Below, piece by piece: positions 9,755 through 19,824 of a stretch of 64,000 nt of DNA (positions within the stretch are counted from its first letter, which is position 1; each line of letters begins with the position of its first letter). The stretch is from a virus. Below the pieces are notes generated by a model. That model ran no database searches, had not been told where the DNA came from, and worked only from the letters and a program-made list of their open reading frames with translations. The stretch covers positions 26,379-90,378 of the IMG/VR virus record IMGVR_UViG_3300027714_000009. The stretch is one strand, 5' to 3'. A program made the position numbers and the translations under genes.

Positions 9755-10015
9755 TTATACTGCTACTCTTTTTTTAGATATAGTGTACTCGTTAGCAGAT
9801 CTGCCAACGTTACCTTCTGAAATAGCTGTAGCTCTAACATTAAAGCCCATGTCTCTTAATTCAGATAGTCTAGCACCCGGAGATGCGATGTCTAATTTAT
9901 CTCTTAGACTGTCCATAGTAAACGTTTTACCAGTACCCCAGAATCTTGCTAGGATTTGTTGGTTTTGTGTTCCTTCTTTAAAGAACTTAGTTCCTACTGC
10001 TTTTTTATTTTTCAT
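9755..10015 (-). CDS. Winged-HTH DNA-binding protein
   Basis: LRDKLDIASPGARLSELRDMGFNV...EYTI pattern. Confidence 0.7.
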   Translation of the reverse strand: MKNKKAVGTKFFKEGTQNQQILARFWGTGKTFTMDSLRDKLDIASPGARLSELRDMGFNVRATAISEGNVGRSANEYTISKKRVAV

Positions 10016-10068
10016 ATTATTACTTCCTTTTAGTTTGTAACAAACTGTTTGTCTGTTAAGTTAAGTAT

Positions 10069-10097
10069 ATAATACTATTAATCGGGGAATATGTCAA
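10069..10097 (-). promoter_or_regulatory. sigma70-type promoter
   Basis: TTGACA-17-TATTAT. Confidence 0.6.
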
Positions 10098-10111
10098 CCT
10101 TTAATAAACCC

Positions 10112-10819
10112 CTATAATGCTAGGATTTTTACCCGGTTTAACATAGTTTCTTTAGAATCTGAGTACTTTGACACTTCATGGTTCTTAACTGTGCCTCGTA
10201 TCTTAATAACTCTATCAGCAACAATGTCGCTAATATCTGGTTGATCTCTCCACCAAAACTTAATAATGTCTTTACCCATGTAACATGCAGATATCATGTA
10301 AATGTTACTAGATTGTATAAATTTAACATCTAGCACTTCTACAGCAAGATCGTAACGTTTAGACTTCTCACCAAAGTATTGGCTACTGTGCTTCAAAGAA
10401 ACCATTTTATCAGCTACTACTTCACGTTTTTTATCAACTGTAACACTATGTGGCAAGCTAGCAATAATACTAACAGAAAACTTACTTACATCAGCTTCTG
10501 ACAATGCTTTAACAACATTAGCTTCAAAGTTGTTAAGATTATTAGTCATCTTCTTAATCATAAGTTTGCCGTTAATGTGATCAACTAAGTCTGTACCCTT
10601 TGATGAGTACTCATTTACAATTGCTGTAGTTCTTGCCTTTGAAGATAGAATTTTTCCAATTTCAGACTTATTGTCCTCAATTCTTACTTCTGTTTCAGAA
10701 TCGGTAGTTGTGTCAATATACCCTTGACCACTGCGGATAAAACCTTGCTTTTCGTGTACTTTGATAGCTACACACATTACATCATGTACTGTAACTGAAG
10801 GGTAAGGAACTTTTTTCAT
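10112..10819 (-). CDS. Hypothetical protein with C-terminal OB-fold-like domain
   Basis: C-terminal IKIRGTVKNHE...KETMLNRVK pattern. Confidence 0.6.
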   Translation of the reverse strand: MKKVPYPSVTVHDVMCVAIKVHEKQGFIRSGQGYIDTTTDSETEVRIEDNKSEIGKILSSKARTTAIVNEYSSKGTDLVDHINGKLMIKKMTNNLNNFEANVVKALSEADVSKFSVSIIASLPHSVTVDKKREVVADKMVSLKHSSQYFGEKSKRYDLAVEVLDVKFIQSSNIYMISACYMGKDIIKFWWRDQPDISDIVADRVIKIRGTVKNHEVSKYSDSKETMLNRVKILAL

Positions 10820-10850
10820 ATCATATACTCCGTTTCTGACTTATATATAC

Positions 10851-10879
10851 ATTATACGGTAAGATATCTTACTTGTCAA
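10851..10879 (-). promoter_or_regulatory. Early sigma70 promoter with palindromic spacer
   Basis: TTGACA-17-TATAAT; perfect palindrome GTAAGATATCTTAC (10859-10872). Confidence 0.88.
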
Positions 10880-10892
10880 CCTTTAATTTAGA

Positions 10893-11351
10893 CTATAATG
10901 AAATGTCTTCTAATCCGGCTGCTCGTAATTTAACAATATTATTAATCTGAAAGCCTTTAGCTTCTAATGCTTTAATAATACCAATGTACTTGTTACGTAC
11001 TAAGCTAAAGTCGTTAATCAAATACTGCATGTCTACTACTTCTTGTTCACCATCTACATACTTCTCTGCATCACGTGAACTAAGTGCTTTATTGTAATTT
11101 TCTAAAAACTTGCGAAATGTGCGTGATCTAAGTTTACGCATTTCTGTGTGAAGGAATTCAAGTATCGCTTCAACTTCTTGTAGTTGATTAAAGCGATACT
11201 CAACGATACCGGGCATGTCTCTGCTTTGACGCTCAAGCACACCTTTCATACTACATTCAAACCTGCCTTCTTCGATTTGTTGTTCGAAGAAAGAGATAGC
11301 CGAAACTATCTCTCCCAGGTTCTGTGTAACTTTACGATACCAAGCACTCAT
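10893..11351 (-). CDS. uvsY: UvsY-like recombination mediator
   Basis: Helical protein ending ...AEKYVDGE...KGFQINNIVKLRAAG; downstream of uvsX. Confidence 0.75.
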   Translation of the reverse strand: MSAWYRKVTQNLGEIVSAISFFEQQIEEGRFECSMKGVLERQSRDMPGIVEYRFNQLQEVEAILEFLHTEMRKLRSRTFRKFLENYNKALSSRDAEKYVDGEQEVVDMQYLINDFSLVRNKYIGIIKALEAKGFQINNIVKLRAAGLEDISL

Positions 11352-11620
11352 TAGTAGTCTTCACTTTCATCGTCTTCATTATACTCGTCAAAGATAGGTT
11401 CATCCTCTTCTTCTGCTTCTAACCAAGAATCCATAGCATCGCCTAAAAACTCACAATGATCAGAGATCTCTTTAATTGCAGGCTTAATATCAAACCCATA
11501 ATCAGCTAGTTGTAGAATGACTTTAGATGCAAACTCGGGCTTATCCTTATCGTGAATAAAGTGCGTAGCTTCGTCGTACATGTTAAAAATAAACTCAAAA
11601 TCTCCATCAGATAGATTCAT
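11351..11620 (-). CDS. Acidic hypothetical protein
   Basis: 89-aa ORF coupled to its neighbours. Confidence 0.65.
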   Translation of the reverse strand: MNLSDGDFEFIFNMYDEATHFIHDKDKPEFASKVILQLADYGFDIKPAIKEISDHCEFLGDAMDSWLEAEEEDEPIFDEYNEDDESEDY

Positions 11621-12716
11621 TTACAACCTCCTCGGTTTCATTGTGTTCAATTAAATCGTCTTCTTCAATTGGGGCATCAACTCTTTCATCATCATACTCT
11701 GACATGACTAAGTCAAGTGCTCCATCTTTGTTAAGATTCCAAGGCTTACGGAACATTTTAATTACTTCGCCAGTTACCGGGCTAATGTACTCTAAACTGT
11801 TTCCACTTTTCTTTAGCAATTCTTTAGCTTCAAAAAAGTCAGTTAAGCCACTGTATGGTGACATACCTGTTTCGTATGGGATTTCAACTTGCACACTTTC
11901 AAACGGCTTAGAATAACGTGTTTTCATTACTTTACAAGCGGCACGAATACCATGTACTTGAGAAGTTTTATTTCCGTCTGCGTCTGTTTTAAGTTTTAGT
12001 TTACGCATAGCAATAACAATACTTGATGCATATATAAAGCCCTGTCCGCCTGAGATCTTGTCATCTGGGTCAAACATATCTTGTGATGCATAAGTGTGAT
12101 TAGTTGCTAATAGCCCTACGTTGTATTGTCCAAACATATTAACTGTGTTACGTACTAATGATGTAAGTGCTTTAGGTTTACGACCCATGTCACCTTTCAT
12201 ATCACCTTTTTGAAACTGATCAACATCAGTAGGTGTTAGTAGCATACCCAGTGAATCAACTACAAATAACACTTTAGGACGTTCTTCATCGGCCTTATCA
12301 GCGTATTCTGCTTTGTAGTCTTTCATAAAGTCACTAACTGTTTTAGCAACGTCATCAATCATTGACATGTTTAGTTTTAGTAGTTTATCAGGTGTAGTGT
12401 CTACATCAAGTGCATGTAGCCATTTCTCATCAAGTGCGTTTTCTGAGTCAATTAAGATAACAAAAATGCCTTGATCCTGCGCCGCCTTTACTACATTGCC
12501 TGCGGCAATATATGATTTACCTGCACCACTTTCGCCTGCAAGTACTGTTACTTTACCTAGTGGAATTCCTTTAGTAAACTCTCCACTGATAAGTTTGTTT
12601 AGTGTGTAATTTCCGGTACTAATCCATGTATCAGGGTCGTTGAATCCAACACTTAGTCCTGGTACGCTTTTTGTAATAGCTTTACGGAATTTACTTACGT
12701 CAAATGGTCTCGCCAT
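11607..12716 (-). CDS. uvsX: UvsX/RecA-like recombinase
   Basis: ISTG, AGESGAGKS, IDSENALD, VVDSLG, ISGG motifs. Confidence 0.93.
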   Translation of the reverse strand: MARPFDVSKFRKAITKSVPGLSVGFNDPDTWISTGNYTLNKLISGEFTKGIPLGKVTVLAGESGAGKSYIAAGNVVKAAQDQGIFVILIDSENALDEKWLHALDVDTTPDKLLKLNMSMIDDVAKTVSDFMKDYKAEYADKADEERPKVLFVVDSLGMLLTPTDVDQFQKGDMKGDMGRKPKALTSLVRNTVNMFGQYNVGLLATNHTYASQDMFDPDDKISGGQGFIYASSIVIAMRKLKLKTDADGNKTSQVHGIRAACKVMKTRYSKPFESVQVEIPYETGMSPYSGLTDFFEAKELLKKSGNSLEYISPVTGEVIKMFRKPWNLNKDGALDLVMSEYDDERVDAPIEEDDLIEHNETEEVVNESI

Positions 12717-12787
12717 AGTTTTCTCCTTTAATTAATAAATGTACAGCAACTATTATGCCACTGTACATTCATAATGTTTATTTTAGC

Positions 12788-13846
12788 TTATTGCTTTCGG
12801 TTACGAATTGCTGCCAAAATGTCCTGGGCACTCGGTGCATCAGTAGTAGTTACTTCGGGTGCCGCTGCTGCCATTGCCATTGCTGGTTCTGGAGTTGCTA
12901 CTGCCGCCGGAGGCGCTACTGGTGCCGCTACAGGTGCAACTGGTGCAGGTGCTGTAGGAACTGCTTCTACTATTGGTGCAGGAGCAATTGGTGCTGTTGG
13001 AGCAATTGGTGCTGCCGGAGCGGGTGCTGGTGCTGGTGCTGTACCTTGTGCAGGTGCATCAACTCCATATGGACGATAGAACGTTGCAAAACGTGCTGGA
13101 TCGTACAATTGCCCATCAACACTAGCTTCAAACATTTCGAAGATAGCATTTAGTGCTTCAGCATCTGGCTTCTTAGGAAGATAATCATTTAGATTATACA
13201 AGCCATGTGTTGCAATTGCATCACGTTCTGCTTGATCTAAACTACGCTCCCTACGAGCCCAATTCGATGTTGAGTAGTCAGCATATTGACCCTTGGTAGA
13301 TTTCTTAATTGTGAAATCAGTACCAGCTTCATAGTCTGTTGGAATTTCCTGAAACTCAGGATCCATCAGTGCTGAACTAATGATCTTATAGATCTGTGGT
13401 GAGATTACGAAACGCCTAATAGGATTCTCAGGTACTGAGTCTTCCTGCATTTCACTTTGTGGTACAAAGCCTTGGAAAATATACGAACGCTTTTTCCAAT
13501 ACTTACGACCCATGTCTTCCATAGATGGATCTTTAAACCAAGGACGAATTTCTGCGTGTACAGGACATTGATCGCCCCACATTTCCACACAAGGAACTTG
13601 TACTGTTACTGGTTTATTTTCGTCTCCACCTTTTACTCCTGGAAACTGTAGACGAATCATTTGACGTTCTTTCCAAAAGAAAGTGTTGTCTTCGTCTGCG
13701 TCTGGGAGGAATCGCAACGTGGCTGAAGTGCCTTCTGGAATGTTCCAGTGTGCGAATATTGCGTTGTCGCCGCCGCTATTACTAGAGCCTGAACTCTTTT
13801 TATCTTGTGCCTGTAATTTTGCACGGATGTCTGCTAAAGATGCCAT
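12788..13846 (-). CDS. gp32: Single-stranded DNA-binding protein (gp32-like)
   Basis: ATLRFLPD, CPV, YWKKRSY, YADYSTS; Pro/Ala linker. Confidence 0.88.
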   Translation of the reverse strand: MASLADIRAKLQAQDKKSSGSSNSGGDNAIFAHWNIPEGTSATLRFLPDADEDNTFFWKERQMIRLQFPGVKGGDENKPVTVQVPCVEMWGDQCPVHAEIRPWFKDPSMEDMGRKYWKKRSYIFQGFVPQSEMQEDSVPENPIRRFVISPQIYKIISSALMDPEFQEIPTDYEAGTDFTIKKSTKGQYADYSTSNWARRERSLDQAERDAIATHGLYNLNDYLPKKPDAEALNAIFEMFEASVDGQLYDPARFATFYRPYGVDAPAQGTAPAPAPAPAAPIAPTAPIAPAPIVEAVPTAPAPVAPVAAPVAPPAAVATPEPAMAMAAAAPEVTTTDAPSAQDILAAIRNRKQ

Positions 13847-13863
13847 TATTAGTTTCTCCTATT

Positions 13864-13984
13864 TTAGCCTTTATTTGTAGCGGAACAGTATCGTTCCACT
13901 TTGTTTAGCAACTAACCTCTCGTTAGTTACTTGTTTTGCCTTTGTTAGCCTTTACAGTATATAATATCTTACACCTACTGTCAA
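13864..13984 (-). promoter_or_regulatory. SSB promoter and structured 5' leader
   Basis: TTGACA (13979-13984)-17-TATACT (13956-13961); hairpins at 13907-13931 and 13879-13900; three AAAGGCWAA repeats. Confidence 0.65.
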
Positions 13985-14012
13985 GTGTTTTTACAAAAAA
14001 GATTGCAAATAA

Positions 14013-15290
14013 TTATGCAACCTTTCTACGTAATTCGTTTAGTACTGACTCATCTAGTGATTCAGCTGGTTGTGCTTGGGGTTCTGCATTGTAGTTTGAA
14101 TCCAAGTACTTACATATCTTAGCAAGCAAAATAACATGTTTTTGAGGCAAGTTATGTAGCTCTGAGCCAATATGTGATAATATGTTAAATGCTTCATCAT
14201 TCTTACTACACATAGCAAGGTATGATAACATACTGCTTAGTTTTGCCATTGCACCCATTCCACCTGAGTATTTTACTGGATCTTCATTATCAGGATGTTC
14301 TGGATCATTTGGATCAATTGTTAGCTTAAAATCTTCCTTACCTTTAATCATTTCCATTAAACGATCAAAATATTGCTTAGTTAGGTCTGTCATGCTATCT
14401 TTCTCCTTTATAATTCGTGCTACGGTTTCTAATACAGCGTCCATATCTGTATTCTTAAATGTATTATACATGAACTTATCTGAGATGTCAACCTCTGAAT
14501 CGCTATTTTCTACGATTTCTTGTGGTTTTACTGCATATCCATCATATCCTTTAACAGTTTGTAGACTGTTAACTGTATGCTTTAATTCTGTTAGTTTTGC
14601 TTTAACTGTTTCAACAATGTCTTGATTAGCTTCAGTAACTAGCTTGTTTGAACGTACATGACGTAAAAACTGGTTACATTGTGTTACTTCATTACATATG
14701 CTTAAAATTGATTCACCTAGCTCATCATATGGTGTTCCGCCCATACTTACGTGCTTGGCCATAGCTTTAGCACCACTTAAATATTTGTGTGGGAAACGGA
14801 ATCTCTCGCCTGCTGAATTCTCAATAAACATAGCTTGTATGTTACGTGAGCGTGAACCGCGTACTTCTTCATTAACACTCTTACTGTGTTTAATTACAAG
14901 TCTAGTTGACTCGGGTAACTGTATGTAGCTTGTTTTCATAGAACCTGTTGCACGTGCATATCCTTCTGATACTGTATCATGTGCGAAATCTTTTGGTACT
15001 ATTTTCTTATCAAACTTTCTTATTGTATATTCTGCCATAGCGTTATGTCCTGCTTTCTTGATACTACTTAATAAATCTTTATGCTTATTAAAGCTAAAAT
15101 CCGCTCCTGCTTGAACTAAAACCTCAACTTCGTCATTTTCTATACGTATAGTGACTAGAAAATCTTCATCATATGCATAGAGCCTTGCTGAGTTCTGTGC
15201 GTCTAAAGTTTTGTTTCCTCCAAAGTCAAACATTTTTAATTTAATGTTTGCACCTTTTAAGATGTTAAAGATTTCGGTTGATAATTCCAT
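14013..15290 (-). CDS. Conserved hypothetical protein, likely head-associated
   Basis: RSRNIQAMFIENSAGERFRFP motif; late motif upstream; several hydrophobic-X-E sites. Confidence 0.6.
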   Translation of the reverse strand: MELSTEIFNILKGANIKLKMFDFGGNKTLDAQNSARLYAYDEDFLVTIRIENDEVEVLVQAGADFSFNKHKDLLSSIKKAGHNAMAEYTIRKFDKKIVPKDFAHDTVSEGYARATGSMKTSYIQLPESTRLVIKHSKSVNEEVRGSRSRNIQAMFIENSAGERFRFPHKYLSGAKAMAKHVSMGGTPYDELGESILSICNEVTQCNQFLRHVRSNKLVTEANQDIVETVKAKLTELKHTVNSLQTVKGYDGYAVKPQEIVENSDSEVDISDKFMYNTFKNTDMDAVLETVARIIKEKDSMTDLTKQYFDRLMEMIKGKEDFKLTIDPNDPEHPDNEDPVKYSGGMGAMAKLSSMLSYLAMCSKNDEAFNILSHIGSELHNLPQKHVILLAKICKYLDSNYNAEPQAQPAESLDESVLNELRRKVA

Positions 15291-15332
15291 AGTAGTATTC
15301 CTTTAATGTATTTATCTAATTATGTTTTTTTA

Positions 15333-16889
15333 CTATAACAAGCTAAACGGCATGGGTTCCATTCCGTCTTCGTCGTCAAAGTCTTCATTTAAGTATTCAA
15401 ATGCACTTTCTTCGTACTTTGATACTTCCATGCTCATTCTTACTATTAATGCTAATGCCATTACTAAGTCATCAGTTTCGCCATCTTTGGCTGCATAGCT
15501 GTTTCCTCTGGCAATAAATGTTTTTAATTCACGTAGCAATGGTTTACTTGCTATCTCTATTTTTTCTGTTTCTATCCAATGTTTTAATTTTGAACATGCC
15601 GCAATTTTACTTTTGTGTGTAGTAGTAAAGCCTCGTCTGTATCTTTTAGCATTTCCATGTTGTCTTGTTTCACTTAGGAATGTACCAGGAAAGTTCTCTT
15701 CTCCTGTTTCTTCTACAACTACTAATGCCGCTTCGCCTAATGTATTGTTTTCCATACTGTAGTATATTTCACAGTCGCCGCCCGTTTCACTTTCTATATA
15801 TTGTGATATTTCTCGTAGAATTTTAATCTGACCTTGTACTGTAGTTCTATTGTGCATCCACTCAGCTACCTGTTTCATTCCTGGCATACTGTATACTTCA
15901 ATGGCTGCATTGTCGCCTCCTGTACCTAAACTAGGATCTAATCCTATTACATATAACTTGCCTTTAGCTACTGGTGCATACCAACGAACTTGTCCTGCTT
16001 TTGCATAAGCATCACGTGCTTCCATATTACTAAGTTTAATACTATCAATTAGTGTCTCATCAAACGCAATAAATTCACAGTTATGTTCACGTCTAAATCT
16101 TTCTTCACCAATTTTTCCACGCTCTATATTTGCCCAGTCTTCATCTCTATCTGGATGTACTTCCCATGATGCTAGGTAGTGTGCAAATCCGTTTATGCCT
16201 TGAGCTGTTGCATTTCCATACTCATCTGCATTCTTATTAGCATCTCTCCAAATTTGTGCAAATTGATCATCGTCCATGTTTGGTGTACTTGTAATAATAC
16301 ATTTACCACCTGTTGCCAATGTAGGCGAAAGTGATGTCCAAAACTCTTTAGCAATGTTAGGACGCACAAATGCAAACTCGTCTAAGTATGCTAATGATAT
16401 AGACAAACCACGTCCAGTATTTTCTGTTGTACTCTGTGCTACAATGCGTGATCCGTTATCAAATTCCAACGATCCTTTGTTATATGCAGTAACACCAGCT
16501 CTAATGAAATCAGGTAGTGTTTCGTACGCAAATCTAATACGTTGCATAATTTCACTAGCACCTGAATATTTGTGTGCCGCAATAAGAATTGTTTGGTCTG
16601 GATTAAACATAGCATACCAAAGTAAATATCCTGCCGCACAAGTTGATTTACCTGTTTGACGTGCAAGCATACTAATGCTGTATCTATTATTGTGGTATGT
16701 GTCTACTAGTTCTTCTTGGAAGTCGTATAGAGCAAATTTCATACGTCCTTTTGTAGGATGCTGAATATAACAGTGTTCCTTCATAAAATGTTTAGGAGAC
16801 TGCGAGCATAATGCAAGTTCATGTATTTGCTGTTCTGTATACTTTTCTTTTGTATAAGGGGTTTTAGTTAATTTTGTATCTACTGCCAT
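15333..16889 (-). CDS. gp17: Terminase large subunit (gp17-like)
   Basis: LYDFQ, ARQTGKST, LDEFAF, ITSTPN, GLDPSLG, DDLVMA. Confidence 0.95.
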   Translation of the reverse strand: MAVDTKLTKTPYTKEKYTEQQIHELALCSQSPKHFMKEHCYIQHPTKGRMKFALYDFQEELVDTYHNNRYSISMLARQTGKSTCAAGYLLWYAMFNPDQTILIAAHKYSGASEIMQRIRFAYETLPDFIRAGVTAYNKGSLEFDNGSRIVAQSTTENTGRGLSISLAYLDEFAFVRPNIAKEFWTSLSPTLATGGKCIITSTPNMDDDQFAQIWRDANKNADEYGNATAQGINGFAHYLASWEVHPDRDEDWANIERGKIGEERFRREHNCEFIAFDETLIDSIKLSNMEARDAYAKAGQVRWYAPVAKGKLYVIGLDPSLGTGGDNAAIEVYSMPGMKQVAEWMHNRTTVQGQIKILREISQYIESETGGDCEIYYSMENNTLGEAALVVVEETGEENFPGTFLSETRQHGNAKRYRRGFTTTHKSKIAACSKLKHWIETEKIEIASKPLLRELKTFIARGNSYAAKDGETDDLVMALALIVRMSMEVSKYEESAFEYLNEDFDDEDGMEPMPFSLL

Positions 16890-16927
16890 ACTACTATTTA
16901 CCTTAATAAACTATGCAGTTAATAAAG

Positions 16928-16960
16928 AAAAATAGCGTAACCTAAGTTACGCTATTATTT
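16928..16960 (-). terminator. Rho-independent terminator
   Basis: 11-bp inverted repeat AATAGCGTAAC/GTTACGCTATT with a T-tract. Confidence 0.8.
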
Positions 16961-16974
16961 CGGGAGGGATGTCT

Positions 16975-18327
16975 TTATTTATTTTTTGCTTTGTTATATG
17001 CTTCTTTGATACCATCAACTGTATGCTCTTTTAAGCCTACTTTCATGTCTTCTGCATCTAAGTAACGTTTAAGACTTAAATTTACACTCTGTGCATATTC
17101 ATATGGGTCACCATGTGATGTTTCTGCTTCTTCAGCAGCTCCATCTGGGGTATTTGCCCATTCGTCTAATTTTGTTTTAATTTTCTCTTCTGATAAACCT
17201 GAGTTCTTCATAAGTGTAATTAACTGTGTAGTGTCCATTGTTGGAGACTCTTCTAAATCTTCTTTATCTTTAGATTCATCTTCATCAGCATCATCTGCTT
17301 TTTTTCCACCTTTAGAAGCTAGCATTTTTGCAAACGCTGCTTTCTGTGCTGGACTTTGTGCTTCATCTAAATCTTCTTTATCCCATGGTGCCTTTGCTAC
17401 AGAAACTTTCTTCTTCTTCTCACCGCGTGGTGATTCGTAGTTTTTTGCTCTGTCCTGTGCTTTCTCTTTAGCTTCATCAGATATTGATTCTGCTACCCAA
17501 TGTGATCCAGCTGCATCATGTGAATCATGTGTACATTCGCAACCTGGTTTAGGATTGTCAATTTGACATCCGCATGCTTCACATACGCCAGATGCTTCTG
17601 TCATTTCTTCTGCTTCTGGTTGATCCATAAGTCCTAGTTCAACAAGTCTAGCTTGAATAGCTGGTCTACAATCTGTGTCAGGACCTAAGTCTACTGACAT
17701 TTGATGAAACTCATCAAATAATTCGTCGTCACCTAAAATGCCGTACATTACATCTGCAGCACCATCACCGTCTTCACCGCAAGGTAAAGGTTGTGACATT
17801 ATTTCTTTTAGCTTTTCAATTTGCTCAGGAGTTTCTGGAACTGCCCAAGTGCCTTCTACCATGTCTTCTTCTTTTGTGTATTCTTTACCAGCTACTTTAA
17901 ACTTTTCGCCTTTGTGCTTACCAACTTGTGCGCCTGAGAAAGCATTGCCTTCGTTTGGCTCTTCATTAAAATGCTTTTTTAATTCTTCTTCATCTTCATC
18001 ATCCATGTCAGTAAACTCGTCATCTTTAAACAAATCATCATTTTCATCTTCATCTTCAGGATCAACAGATTCCATTTCTGGGTTTTCTGGCATTTCGTTA
18101 TGACGTCTAAAGTCTGCTACAAAGTCTTGAAGTGTGTCGCCATCTAAATAACGAACTAATTCGTTAAATACTGGATGGTCGCTACAATCTAATTCGTCGC
18201 ATAATGCCCAAACGCCTTCTGCTGTATCGCCTACTGCTTCTGGTGTTATTTCTCTATCGCTTGACTGGCTTTGAGCTCTGCTTGTGCCATGGCCAGCAAG
18301 TTTTAAAATTCTATCTAAATCACTCAT
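16975..18327 (-). CDS. Highly acidic protein, probable internal head protein
   Basis: D/E-rich segments separated by LDEA, LEES, MTEA, MVEG; CxxC..CxC module. Confidence 0.6.
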   Translation of the reverse strand: MSDLDRILKLAGHGTSRAQSQSSDREITPEAVGDTAEGVWALCDELDCSDHPVFNELVRYLDGDTLQDFVADFRRHNEMPENPEMESVDPEDEDENDDLFKDDEFTDMDDEDEEELKKHFNEEPNEGNAFSGAQVGKHKGEKFKVAGKEYTKEEDMVEGTWAVPETPEQIEKLKEIMSQPLPCGEDGDGAADVMYGILGDDELFDEFHQMSVDLGPDTDCRPAIQARLVELGLMDQPEAEEMTEASGVCEACGCQIDNPKPGCECTHDSHDAAGSHWVAESISDEAKEKAQDRAKNYESPRGEKKKKVSVAKAPWDKEDLDEAQSPAQKAAFAKMLASKGGKKADDADEDESKDKEDLEESPTMDTTQLITLMKNSGLSEEKIKTKLDEWANTPDGAAEEAETSHGDPYEYAQSVNLSLKRYLDAEDMKVGLKEHTVDGIKEAYNKAKNK

Positions 18328-18811
18328 CGCCTTTTTCCTTTTGTTTTTTAAGTTTTAATAACTCTTTAATGAAACTGGTGTTGTACTCATCACCATAATG
18401 ATCCTTTGATTCTACTTTATTAGCTTCGTCATAATCAGGATCTTCCAATATACTTTTAACTTCTGTTCCGTCAGCCTCGATGTTATCATCGGGTTCGTTT
18501 TCGCCTTTAATTTTAAAAGTGCCATCTGCTAATCCTAACATATTGCGGATTCCATTTGCAAGTTCCCATCCACTAGCAATTAAGTTAGTGTCAAAGTCAT
18601 ATGTAAATACTTCATATCCTCTATGTTGTGGAAAATCACGTGGCGTACTTTGCAAAATTGTTTTCCGTGCAGCACCGAGTCCTTTAGAGTCGTATTTACC
18701 GAGGTGCTTCTCTATGCGATCACATTGTTCGTCAGTAAGTTCGTGTATTGTTTTCACTTTGAACTTCCAAGACTTTTTATTCTCTGTCAAATATTCAGTA
18801 TAAGATTTCAT
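18320..18811 (-). CDS. Hypothetical protein with T4-type capsid-targeting-like N-terminus
   Basis: Start reassigned to MKSYTEYLTE (GGAG SD upstream). Confidence 0.6.
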   Translation of the reverse strand: MKSYTEYLTENKKSWKFKVKTIHELTDEQCDRIEKHLGKYDSKGLGAARKTILQSTPRDFPQHRGYEVFTYDFDTNLIASGWELANGIRNMLGLADGTFKIKGENEPDDNIEADGTEVKSILEDPDYDEANKVESKDHYGDEYNTSFIKELLKLKKQKEKGDE

Positions 18812-18834
18812 TACAGTTATCTCTCCCATTAATA

Positions 18835-19377
18835 CTATTTATCTATTTCAGGCAACTTATCCATAATTTCTGCGAGCAACTGTGTTCTATTACCAACAAT
18901 CCTTGCTTCAGAGGCGCCTTGATCTTCATCTAAACCTAATTCGCTATTCTTCTGTGCTACATATGCATCTATCTTTTCGCTGTCTTTTTCAAGTCTAGCT
19001 TGACGCATTTGTAGTTCAACCATTTTCAATTTCTTGTCCATTTTAGCTTGTTTAGCTTGTAAAGCCGCACTAATCATCTTACTTGCACTATCAAATATCG
19101 GAGCCGCATGTCTATCTTCTACGTTTTTGCCTAGATCAACTAAATCATCAAATGTAGCCATTGCTTTGGCTGCATACTCGTCCATTTCTCTATCCAATTG
19201 TTCTAATCCTACTACAATAGGTAACGCTGCCGAAGCACGTTCCACCATACTCATTTCTCCTTGATACATTGCTATATCATGTTGAATATCATCTATTGTA
19301 GGCTCAACTGCTTCTTCTTCATCAAGCAAGTGATCTAAATCGGGTAAGTTTAATTCTTCTTCTAATTTTTTTGTCAT
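18835..19377 (-). CDS. Probable terminase small subunit (gp16-like)
   Basis: Helical, C-terminal IVGNRTQLL resembling the gp16 FVGSTxEL tail; near the terminase. Confidence 0.55.
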   Translation of the reverse strand: MTKKLEEELNLPDLDHLLDEEEAVEPTIDDIQHDIAMYQGEMSMVERASAALPIVVGLEQLDREMDEYAAKAMATFDDLVDLGKNVEDRHAAPIFDSASKMISAALQAKQAKMDKKLKMVELQMRQARLEKDSEKIDAYVAQKNSELGLDEDQGASEARIVGNRTQLLAEIMDKLPEIDK

Positions 19378-19380
19378 ATT

Positions 19381-19824
19381 CTATTTCTTCTTTTTTGAAC
19401 CTTTAGGTTTATTAAATATCTGATGTTCAGTTATTACTCTAAACCCTAGTCCTTTTGATTTTGCATATGCATGTGCCGAAGCCCATTTTGCATGATTAAC
19501 AACTGCTGCCGCTTTCTGCGATGGTGTTCTAGCTTCGCCTAATGTTTGACTAGCAGGCTTGACTTCAACTATCTCTGCATGATTCTTTCCTTGTTTGTCT
19601 TTATAAACAATTAATAAATCAGGTACATATGTACTAGCTTTTCCTGTAAGAGGGTTCTTATAAGGAATTCTGTGTGTTTCACTTCCCCAACCTAATATAG
19701 CTGGATGATTGTCGCACATTCTAAATACTGCAAGTTCCCATCCACTTCTAAAGTAAGGAACTCGTTTACCTAAGTATTTAGCAGGATTATTTGGAGTGAA
19801 ACTGCCTTGGTGAAATTTTGGCAC
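19381..19824 (-). CDS. gp4: Head completion nuclease (gp4, TnsA-like PD-(D/E)XK)
   Basis: PNNPAKYLG, RSGWE, WGSE, YVPD, EVKP, FRVITE; GTG start. Confidence 0.9.
   Translation of the reverse strand: MPKFHQGSFTPNNPAKYLGKRVPYFRSGWELAVFRMCDNHPAILGWGSETHRIPYKNPLTGKASTYVPDLLIVYKDKQGKNHAEIVEVKPASQTLGEARTPSQKAAAVVNHAKWASAHAYAKSKGLGFRVITEHQIFNKPKGSKKKK

Noticed and set aside
12755-13153. Cys/Trp-rich and Gly/Ala-rich plus-strand ORFs that look like RiPP precursors
   Set aside because: Antisense readings of the Pro/Ala linker of the SSB gene
19381-19824. TnsA-like nuclease as evidence of a Tn7-like element
   Set aside because: Sequence and position match the T4 gp4 head-completion protein; no other transposon genes or ends
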